Notes under the pieces: generated by a model
Databases searched by the model: none
What the model was told of the DNA's origin: nothing
The model's input: only the letters and a program-made list of their open reading frames with translations
Shown: piece by piece, positions 13,098 to 23,195 of the stretch
How the letters are laid out: each line of letters opens with the position of its first letter
How positions within the stretch are numbered: position 1 is the stretch's first letter
Translations under genes and position numbers: made by a program
DNA from: Takakia lepidozioides
Lineage: Eukaryota; Plantae; Bryophyta
NCBI GenBank assembly: GCA_030704615.1
Contig: CM060732.1
Location: 6,510,001-6,574,000 of the forward strand
Reading direction: 5' to 3'
DNA length: 64,000 nt

Positions 13098-15119
13098 GTA
13101 TGTCCCGATTAGGGTATGATACATTTGTGTTGGTTGTGCACTTCTTGAATGAATCATGTAGGAGGATGGGTGAGCAGTTGGCAAAACACTTGGAGACCTT
13201 TTCCTCTTGCTGAAAGGGCAGTTGACCTTAATATGTCCATGCTTCCCACAACCAAAGCATGTTGAATAAGATGCATCTTCAATCATCCGAATTGTGAAGT
13301 AGTTTTCCATCTGTATCAATTGACAATCTCACATAGTCAGGCAGCACTACCTCGTAGGGCATCATCAACACCATTTTGGGGCACCCATCTTCATTCATTT
13401 TGGTTGCAATAGTGGCCGATTTCCATGATGGAATTTTCCTGAGGGCATCTGTGTTCATGAGGGGGTCAAATACTCCCAGACAGCCCAGGTACGCTCCAAA
13501 ATGATTGGCTATATCTGGCAGATTTGCCAGGTACTGATCCGGGATGTAAGGTAGAGAGACAATTCTAGGCCCCCATAACTTGTCATTTTTGTTGCCCAAC
13601 TTTGACGACCATGAAAAGATATTTACGTTAAAGCCCTTCTGATGCGGGTTGAATCACAGAGCCTTGGCGGCAGCTACAGCTGATTCAAACATTACTGAAA
13701 AGTAACCTCTGCCTTTGGCAATGCAGAAGTGATGGTTAAGCTCTCCGGGGCCACCGAGGTAACAAATCGCCAAGTCTCTCATGTAGGAACGCTTTACCTT
13801 TCTACCAGGAAAGTGCAGCAAAACACCAGAGTTCTCCATACCTGGGATTCTGTTGTGCAGGTCCTGTATATCCATTTTGATGAGGGGAAAGTCATTGTGC
13901 ATTGCCTGTTGCTCCTCTAGGGGGTTAGGGAAGAACTCCTCATCATCTGGCACTGGCGGGGAGACACATTGCTCTGGGATGGACGGGGGCCCTTCCTCCC
14001 TCGGCTGGACTCTCGGTGACTGATCCATCGGTGGAAGAGGGATTTTCTTTGGCCTGTAAATTTGCCTGGTGTTGGCCGATCTCTCTTGGTGGGCCAGGTA
14101 GAAGCCTCTGCTTGAGATGGGCTGGGACCCACTAGGTGGGAGCCTACTTGACTGACCTAGGTGGCGACATGGCCAGGCTGAGGACTTGGAGTGCTGGAAC
14201 ATTCTGTTAGGACCCATGGGATAACAACACAGAGCGAGGGTGCAGATAGGGAAGGATTGAGGTAGAATGGATCAACTGAGACTGATTTGATTGGAAGGAA
14301 GAACTCTAAACAGGGAATTAAGAGAATTGAGCACTAGACTAGAAATTGAAGACACAGTCTAACACTATCGGGAAGATTGAGCCGGAAATCCAGATCCGCT
14401 GCTGAATCCTCTGTGGAAATTAAACAGGGAAGCTGAGTGAGCGAGCTAGAGCCTGGAACACGAAGATGTTATCCTCTACGTAGCGAGAGTTGGGGAGAAG
14501 GCCGCGCTCAAAGTTAGCGCCAAGTAGAGTGAAAGAGACAGCTCAAAACGTCATTAATATTAGCCGACAGCTGAGAGGGGGGAAGCGAAGTTAAGAGGCT
14601 GAGGCGGCGATAGCACGCACAAAATGATGAATGAAACAGGGGGGGTTTTAGGATGTTCCAATTGGATGCATAGGGGTGTCGCGATTGTTCAGCAAAAAGG
14701 TTTAAATGGATTTAACCAGATCGTAGAAAACCATGCAAACCATGTGTGTGAAATATGGGAGCCAAACACCCCAGGGGGGCCCGTCACAACCTGGCTAGTT
14801 AGAAATCAAAGAAAAAACCGATAGCATGGAAGGCGAAAGAACAAATTCAAGTGAAACAGTGACGCGGCTCCTGGTGAGAGAGACGAAGAGACCGTTGGGG
14901 TCCTTTCTCAACATCAGGCAAAAAAATCAAAACCATAAAATAAAACATGATATCACCTTAGGAGGATCTATTTTGCATATCAATAGGGAGCCAGCCGTGA
15001 AAGGAAGCTGATGGAAATAGAGCTGTAGAACTAAGGAGAGGAAAACAGGCGATGGTGGTGAAGGATAGAGGCGCGGTGACCGTTGGAGGTTGTCTCGCAG
15101 CTCCGCCATCACTCTCCCC
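13098..15119 (-). mobile_element. L1-clade LINE, 5' UTR plus ORF1 only (3'-truncated)
   Basis: ORF1 pieces 13654-14217, 13279-13599 and 13017-13319 include a CFGCGKHGHIKVNC knuckle. The N-terminal GFYLAHQERS motif and the 5'-terminal motif are shared with the LINE at 44107-50852. Confidence 0.82.
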
Positions 15120-15366
15120 GTCACCGGTACATTATCTAAATTATTCAGTGGCATCTCCTATGTCGAGGCCCATCTAATTAAGCCCAAGTACAATATTCTA
15201 TTCATGTATCCAAGAGCATCTCCCATTCAGAGGCCAAGGTGTCCAGTGTCATCTAAGCCCAAGTGCAATCTCCTATGTATCCAAGTACGTCTCCCATGTC
15301 AAGGCCCAGTTCATTTTTTTCCATGTCAAGGCCCGCTTTGCTATTTTTGCAATCTCCCTTGTCGAG

Positions 15367-15970
15367 GGAAGATAATAGGAATAATGTAAGAACTTAATGC
15401 ACACGTGCAACCTCTGACAGGATGGTACGCGCGGTTTTTGACATGTCAAATCTTCCCCACCCTCTTGAGAGTGACATGGAACTGGAAGAGTGTCAACTCC
15501 AGTTGGAGTTACAATGGGTTACACGACGAGGTGTGTAACTCCACTCGGGGTTACACAGAATGGAGTGTAACTCCAGTCGGTGTAACCCACACTCGGTCTC
15601 GAAATTTGACTAAGTCCAAATGTGGTGAAGTATAAAATGGACCAACCAGAGTTACATGAGAAATCGGGGTTTCAGAGGGTTACACCAAGTGGAGGGTTAC
15701 ATCAACCGGGGTTACACTGCCAGAGCCTACCATCAACAATTGAACCCAGAACCTCGCCGCCTCCATTGCTATCACCTTACCATCACGCTACCCACCACAA
15801 CTTGCAGCCTACTCGGATTCATAAGTATTTATTAGTGAAACCGAGGTAATAGGGGGTGGGGAGGATTTGACAGGGGCCCCGCCGGAGGAGCTCAGGTTGT
15901 CGGAATCCGGGGAAAGTACTGTCAGATCACACGCGTCCATTAAGTTCTTACATTATTCCTATTGTCTTCC
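15367..15970. mobile_element. MULE (Mutator)-type MITE, 604 bp
   Basis: TIR GGAAGA(T/C)AATAGGAATAATGTAAGAACTTAATG at both ends; 9-bp TSD CTTGTCGAG / TTTGTCGAG (8/9); internal GGTTACAC/GTGTAAC repeats. Confidence 0.88.
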
Positions 15971-17499
15971 TTTGTCGAGGCTTCCTATATTGATATATCC
16001 ACTTTGCTATCCAATGACCAAAAGCACTTGAAATTCCAAATCTCCCACATGAAGGACCAATCATTGCTCTAGGAAAGCCCACTTTGCCATTTTTTGTGAA
16101 TTTCCAACGATCCAAAGTACTTGGAATTCCACATCTCCCACATCGCTGGTCCAAAAATCATGAGACCAAGTGAGTGCACCCCTCCTCGTCGAGGGCTTTC
16201 CAACGGCATCAAGCACCAGCGCTAGGGCCCCGCGGTTTGGGAGATCTCAACGACGCTACAAAACAAAACAAACGTCTCGATTCATACTAGGGTAGCATGT
16301 ACCGTTGGCCCAAGTGTCAAGTGTCATCTAAGTCCAAGTGCAATCCCATATATATCCGAGTGCGTCTCCTATGCCGAGGCCCAAATGCAACCTCTAGGGT
16401 AGCCTGTGCCATTCGCCCAAGTGTCCAGTGTCATCTAAGCCCAAGTGTAAGATCTTCTATGTATCCCGGTGCGTCTCATATGTCGAGGCCCAAGTGTAAC
16501 CTCTAGGGTAGCCTATATCTTTGGCTTATGTGTGTAGAGTTGAAATCTAAGACCAAGTGCAATTTTTTATGTATCCCGGTGCGTCTCCTATGTCGAGGCC
16601 CATAGTGGTCGTGTTGGCCCATGTATGAAGCATTGAAATCTAAGACCAAGTGGAATTTCCTACGAATCCAAGTACGTCTCCTATGTCGAGGCCCATCTAA
16701 GCCCGAGTGCAATCTTCTATTCATGTATCCAAGTGCATCTCCCATGTAGAGGCCCAAGTGTCTAGTGTCATCTAAGCCCAAGTGCAATCTCCTATGTACC
16801 CAAGTACCTCTCCCATATCAAGCCCCAATTTATTTTCTTCCATGAATTTATTGAGTAGTAATATATCCAATAATTATTGATATATCTCCTGTCGAGGCTC
16901 CAAGCCTGTGCCATTGGCCCAAGTGTCCAGTGTCATCTAAGCCCAAGTGCAATCCCTTATGTATCAAAGTGCATCTCATATGTCGAGGCCCAAATGTGAT
17001 CTCTAGGGTAGCATGTGCTGTTGGCCCAAGGGTCCAATGTCATCTAAGTCCAAATGCATTTTTTTTCCCGAGCCTACGACCAGATTTGAATCGGAGACCT
17101 TTCCCTTGATATCTGTCCTATCGAGGCTCCAACCATTGTCCCATGAATGCCCACTTTGCTATTTTTCGTGAATTTCTAGCAACCAAAAGTACTTGAAATT
17201 CCACATCTCCCACACCATAGGTCCAAAATCATGAGACCAAGCCCGTGCACCCAGGCTCCTCGTCGAGGGCTTTTCAATGGTACCAAGCACCAGGGTTGGG
17301 GCCTCGCGGTTTGAGACATCTCAACGTGACAAAACAAAACAAACAAACTGGCTTCCTTCACATATTAACTAGGATAGCCTGTGCCATTGGCCCAAGTGTC
17401 CAGTGCCATCTAAGCCGAAGTGCAATCTCCTATGTATCCAAGGGCATCTCCCATATGCGTCTCCCATGTCGAGGCTTAGATATCCAAGTACGTCTCCCA

Positions 17500-17672
17500 G
17501 ACAACGAGCATGTAGCCCAGTGATAATGGGCACATACCACGTTGGATGTGGTTGTGGGTTCAAACCACGGTCTGGTATGTCATGAAGGTGTCCATATTTC
17601 AGCTGGAAGGGAGTAGCCCTTGTGGTGAAGAGACACCATAAGTTACGCTCCGTTTGGGAGGCATCATACTTT
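17500..17672 (+). mobile_element. tRNA-derived SINE (family 1), 173 bp
   Basis: 11-bp TSD TACGTCTCCCA (17489-17499, 17673-17683); A-box-like TAGCCCAGTGATAA; B-box-like GGTTCAAACC; stem-loops GCCC/GGGC, ACCAC/GTGGT and GTGG/CCAC; T-rich end. Confidence 0.85.
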
Positions 17673-17851
17673 TACGTCTCCCATGTCAAGGCCCGATTAA
17701 TTTTTTTCCATGAATTTATTGAGTAGTAATATATCCTATCATTATTGATATATCTCCCGTCTCTAGGGTAGCTTGTGCCGTTGGCCCACGTGTCCAATGT
17801 CATCTAAGTCCAAATGCATTTTTTATCCACAGAGCCTACGACCACATTTGG

Positions 17852-18020
17852 GTGATTGCAAACTAGAGTGGTCCAAAAATGGCAGATCATGAGTACATAA
17901 AGAGTACATAAAGGAGGATGTGGCGAATCCTCAACCATCGGATTTGCTTAACTGACAATCTTGACCGTCTATTATTGACTGTTAAACCAAGATTCTCAAA
18001 TTGCGATAATATCAATTCAC
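17852..18020 (+). repeat. Direct-repeat copy of 12257-12425
   Basis: Near-identical GTGATTGCAAACTAGAGTGG...GTACATAAAGGAGGATGTGG...CTATTATTGACTGTTAAA in both places. Confidence 0.85.
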
Positions 18021-20412
18021 CAATGTTTTTTTTGAAATTTGATCATACTCATCTGTGCATTTATGGTGAATGAATGCGTCTAATGAAAAAAAAATTGTTA
18101 TTTTGAAAGAATTTAGTCTTAAAGGACTTTATGAAAATTGCTATTTTTTAGGCTCAAAATAGTACATAATTTTTTTTTTAACTTCATATTTTTGAATGAT
18201 AGTTTTCATTCCAGATTCTTCATTCTCCAAAGCAAGTTTGAGAGAGTCCCTTTTCTTAACTTTGTTCTAACTCCTCTATTAAAAAAGTCCATAACGTCTT
18301 TTTTTATGGACTGTGACAATTCATTTTTAAAGTAACTTCCATTTAAAAGTGACTTCCATTTAAAAGTCCATAGCATCTAGAGATTCTGGTTTTTGATAAT
18401 GAGATTTAAAACTGTGAAAGTATATGTAGATGAGCCTCTATATGTTAGTCCCTTGTTATTGATGGTATTGTCATGTAGGAGTATGATAATTTAACACTAT
18501 TCTATGTCTGGAAAAAACAGTGTTGTGACAGCAAAAAATGGACACTGTAGGTTACAACCACCCATCTGAATTGGAGACCTTTCCATTGATATCTCTCCCG
18601 TCGAGGCTCCAATCATTGTCCCAGGAATGCCCACTTTGCCATTTTTGCTATTTTTTGTGAATTTCCAACCACCAACAGTACTTGGAATTCCTATGTATCC
18701 CTGTGTGTCTCCTATGTCGAGGCCCATCTAAGCCCAAGTGCAATCTTCTATGTATCCAAGTGCATCTCCCATGTAGAGGCCCAAGTGTCCACTGTCATCT
18801 AAGCCCAAGTGCGATATCCATATGTATCCAAGTGCGTCTCCCATGTGCGTCTCCTATGTCGAGGCCCATCTAAGCCCAGTGTGCAATCTCCTATGTATCC
18901 AAGTACGTCTCCCATGTCAAGGCCCCATTTATTTTGTTTCATGAATTTATTGAGTAGTAATATCCAATAATTATTGATATATCTCCCATATCTAGGGTAG
19001 CCTATGCCATTGGCCCAAGTGTCCAATGTCATCTAAGTCCAAATGCATTTTCTTTCCACATAGCCTACGACCAGATTTGAACTGGAGACCTTTCCCTTGA
19101 TATCTCTCCTGTCGAGGCTCCAATCATTGTCCCGGGAATGCCCACTTTGCTATTTTCCCCGAATTTCCGACGACCAAAAGTACTTGAAATTCCACATCTC
19201 CCACATCGCTGGTCCAAAAATCATGAGACCAAGCCCATGCACCCCTCCTCGTCGAGGGCTTTCCAACAGTACCAAGCACCAGGGTTGGGGCCTCGCGGTT
19301 TGGGACATCTCAACGTGACAAAACAAAACGAAACAAACAAACTGGCTTCCTCGTATATTGACTAGGGTAGCCTGTGCCGTTGGCCCAAGTGTCCAGTGTC
19401 ATCTAAGCCCAAGTGTAAGATCTTCTATGGTCGAGGCCCAAGTGCGACCTCTAGGGTAGCATGTGCCTTTGGCCCATGTGTGTGAAGAATTGAAATTTAA
19501 GACCAAGTACAATTTCATATGTATCCCAGTGCATCTCCTATGTTGAAGCCCAAGTGCGACCTCGAGTGTAGCCTATGCCTTTGGCTTATGTGTGAAGAAT
19601 TGAAATCTAAGACCAAGTGCAATTTCCCATAGGCAAGTGCGTCTCCTATGTTGAGGCCCAAATGTCCAGTGTCATCTAAGCCCAAGTGCAGTCTCTTATG
19701 TATCCAAGTTCGTCTCCCATGTCAAGGCCCAATTTAATTTTTTCATGAATTTATCGAGTAGTAATATATCCAATCATTATTGATATATCTCCAAGAGCAT
19801 CAATATATGAAGCAAGCCATATCTAATCATTTTTTTTCCACAGAACCTACGACCAGATTTGAACCAAAGACCTTTCTCTTGATATCTCTCTTGTCGAGGC
19901 TCCAATCATCCAACGACCAAAAGTACTTGAAAATCGTTTTAGTCATATCTCATTATTATTTTTTCCACAGAGCCTACGACCAGATTTGAACCAGAGACGT
20001 TTCTCCTGTCGAGGCTCCAACCATTGTCCCAGGAATACCCACTTTGCTATTTTTCTTTGAATTTCTAGCGACCAAAAGTACTTGAAATTTCACATCTTTT
20101 ACACCGTAGGGCCAAAAACTATGAGACCAAGCCCGTGCACCCCTCCTCGTCGAGGGCTTTCCAATGGTACCAAGCACCAAGGCCGGGGCCTCGCGATTTG
20201 GGACATCTCAACATGACAAAACAAAACAAAACAAAACAAAACAAACGTCTCGCTTCATATATTGACTAGGGTAGCCTGTGCCATTGGCCCAAGTGTCTAG
20301 TGTCATCTAAGTCCAAGTGCAATCCCCTATGTATCCAAGTGCATCTCTTATGTCGAGGCCCAAATCCGACATCTAGGGTAGCATGTGCCGTTGGTCCAAG
20401 TGTCCACTGTCA

Positions 20413-21490
20413 TCCCGGTTATCAACATCACGTCCGTCCGTCAGCGTCAGGTCACGTCAGATCTGACGCTAACGGGACCTCCGTCACGTCAGGTTCGGCG
20501 AATATTCTGGTAAAAATAGTACCAGATAAAATACTGCCACTTAAGCAGCCACGTCACCGACACGGTGGCGGTGACAAATACATTTTGAAAATTAACAAAA
20601 TGAACGCGACCGCCAATTATGGTGGTCGTTTTGTTTTTCGAAATTAAAAAAGAAATAGCCACAGCCATAATTGGCGATCGCTCCAATTTATTTTAAAAAA
20701 AAAATAAGATTGGCGGTCGCTTTATTTTTGAATTAAAAAATAAAATAGCGACCGTTATCTTGGCGGTCGTTTCAATTTATTTTAAGAAAAAAAAACAAGA
20801 TTGGCGGTCGCATTGGCGGTCGCCTAATTTATAAAGGAAAACAAGCGACTGCCGTATTGGTGGTCGCACAATTTTGTAAATATGTACAGAACAAGCGACC
20901 GCCACATGGCGGTCGGATAATTTCAAAAAAAAAAAAAAAAAACAGCGACCGCCATTGGGCGGTCGCATAATTTAAAATATATATAGAGAAACAAACGACC
21001 GCCATATGGCGGTCGGTAAATTTAAAATTATATAAATAAAACAAGCGACATATGAAAATAAAAGCGACCGCCACACCGATGGTCGCTTGTTTTAAAACAA
21101 TACAATATTTGCGACCACCAAACCGGCGGTCGCGTCAATTTTAAAATATATATTAAGTCTAAGCGACCGCCTTACGGGCGGTCGCGTTTTTTAAAACATA
21201 TTAAAAAAAAAAACGACCACCATATTGGCGGACGCTTTATTTTAAATATATTAACAAATGAACGACCGCCATACCGGCAGTCGCATTATATTTTGAAATA
21301 AAAAATAATAGTGACTGCCATACGGGCGGTCGCTTAAATTTAAAAATATACAAAATAGAAGTGACCGCAATATTGCACAAAATGAAAGGAAATAAAAGCG
21401 ACCGCAGTAGTGGCGGTCGCTTGTTTTTCATAAAAAATAGAAATAGCGACCGTAGTATTAGCGGTCGCTTAATTTCAAAATTATAAAAAA
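20413..21490. repeat. Palindrome-spacer array (~20 units, ~50-bp period); probably a DNA-transposon subterminal region
   Basis: GCGACCGCC-N4-6-GGCGGTCGC palindromes at e.g. 20845, 20895, 20945, 20995, 21064, 21111, 21163, 21213, 21262, 21311, 21398 and 21446, separated by ~27-bp non-identical A/T-rich spacers. Begins after CCCGGTTATCAACA at 20413. Confidence 0.9.
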
Positions 21491-21835
21491 TATGGTTGTA
21501 CAGTCTTTTTCGGGTGGGCGCTATTGGTTCGTCATTTATTCATTTCACTTTCATTTCACTGTCATCCTTCTTGGATCATATATAAAGGAGGATGGTCACC
21601 AAGCTCCTCATGGCGACGCCAAGCGTGGTTCCGATGGGATATCAGTCTGGTCTGCTAGACTGCTGGTCTGTAGGGATACGCTTTGGATTTTCTCTTCTAT
21701 TGAACGAGAGTGTAGCCCAATAGGAGGATGCGCATCTTTTGCCGTTGTGGCTTCTACCAAAGCCACTTCAGCAGATTGTGTATAAGCTCAATACTACAAC
21801 CCACATCGACCCACTTGGGTTGCTGACAGATGTAG

Positions 21836-21972
21836 AAGTGTTGGGCTATCGCATTGCACTCTACATTCACAACACGTTCAGTGCGGTTTCAGCGTGTTCC
21901 CGTACCTCAGGCCAACATTCCAAGGCGGACCCAATTGTAGTGATTGGGGCGCACGATTGGTTCAAGGTTACA
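21836..21972 (+). repeat. Dispersed repeat homologous to 54585-54750 (minus); possibly an LTR end
   Basis: Shared GGGCTATCGCA, GTGTTCCCGTACCTCAGGCCAACAT and TTGGTTCAAGGTTA; ends in GGTTACA. Confidence 0.7.
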
Positions 21973-23089
21973 GTGTGGGTTGCAACTTTGCATATGTGAT
22001 ATGAACCTACTTATGCACATGTGGACCAAATATAAGCTTGAACCAAGTTCATTCAATGGGTCATTCTAGTGTTGAACGCAGCTATGTGTCGTAGAGACGA
22101 AAAATTACGTTTCGCCTGCACATGATTTTTTTCTTATTCCATTTTCAAGCCATATGCTTAATGACAGCATATGCAATGTGCGTGCAAAATTTGGGAGTAA
22201 ACAAAAGTCATTTGGACCCAGAATCATATTTTGTTCTCTCATTTGCACTCCAAAGTTGAGTTATCTTTGACTTCATGCACTCTTCATAGAGAGTTCTGCA
22301 AAAATGACCTTTATTTGTTTTCCATTTTTTTTTGGTCCAATGTTTTGCATGGATGTAGTAGTGCAAACCCTGATATCACAGAACAAAATAGAGCCAAAAA
22401 TAAAATCATTACGCCCCTCAAAACCGCAATCCTATATTTTCTAAATGCAAATATTCATTTTAAATTCGATTTAATTCAAAATTGGTTCAAGGGTGAGTTC
22501 ATTCGTTGGGGAGGCAAATGTTTTTATTTTTGCTGGATCTTTGCATAGGTGTTGCACACATATTTAAGCACATGTGGGAAAAAGTGAAGCTTGAAACACA
22601 TCCGTTTGATGGGTGCAATGGCATGAGAGGATTTTCTTTCACATTAATAAACAAAAATTGGTTGATAGGGTGAAGGCGTCCTTGGGGGGGCAAATGATTT
22701 TGTTTGGGTTTGAAACTTTGCATGCGTGACGTTGCGCACATACATGTAATTATTGAATGACATATTTGATGCATGCACATATTGAAGGTTGTTGTTTGCA
22801 TTTCGCTTATAATAAGTTGTATGGTTGCAATGACACATTATAATATGGGCTGCAGTAATGTCTGTTATTATTGAAATTTTCGTAAGTTCTTGTTCTTCTA
22901 TGGCAGTGGACCTTCCAGCGGATTGGGAAATTTTCTTAAGTCTTGTTCTTCTACGGCGGCGGACTTTCCAACAGTCTGGGCAGACCCTCCAAGGGACTGG
23001 GCAGGTGGACTCACAGTCCACTCTACACGTAGAGTGGACTTGCATAGTGAACCCTCCAGCGGACTAGCAGAGTGGATTTTCGGTAGTAC

Positions 23090-23195
23090 TACTAGTGCCT
23101 TCGGACACGAAGGTGGACAGCTTTGTGATACCAATCGGTGGATTGAACCCACAACCACTTCGGAGGTGGTATGTGCCCATCACAAATGTCACTAG
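23090..23195 (-). mobile_element. Second, diverged copy of the family-1 SINE head
   Basis: Minus strand ATGGGCACATACCAC...GTGGTTGTGGGTTCAATCCACCG...GGTAT...TGTCCA matches ~17527-17595. Confidence 0.65.

Larger units (their letters stand above)
15150..20411 (-). repeat. Tandem head-to-tail array of Helitron-like ~1-kb units, interrupted by other insertions
   Basis: Unit junctions read hairpin-CTAG|TC-AATAT on the minus strand at 20265/20266 and 19361/19362, with variants at 17368/17369 (TT for TC) and ~16286 (degenerate). Recurrent motifs GTCATCTAAGCCCAAGTG and TCTCCTATGTCGAGGCCC. Confidence 0.8.

Noticed and set aside
17505-17577. Functional tRNA-Pro(UGG) gene
   Set aside because: Arm spacing is wrong, there is no clean acceptor stem, and it is flanked by an 11-bp TSD, so it is a SINE head. 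The head at 38296-38365 was treated as a SINE for similar reasons (atypical arms, shared non-tRNA body).
10965-20647. Numerous 60-115-aa ORFs with recurring peptides (SSKPKCNLLCIQV etc.)
   Set aside because: By-products of the tandem Helitron-like repeat, with no consistent frame.
20553-21468. True CRISPR array
   Set aside because: Eukaryotic context with spliced genes, no cas genes, degenerate repeats and low-complexity A/T spacers. Kept as a repeat and a finding, not as CRISPR.
21497-21972. Solo LTR (TGTA...TACA)
   Set aside because: The flanks ATGGT and GTGTG do not form a TSD and the 5' boundary is uncertain.
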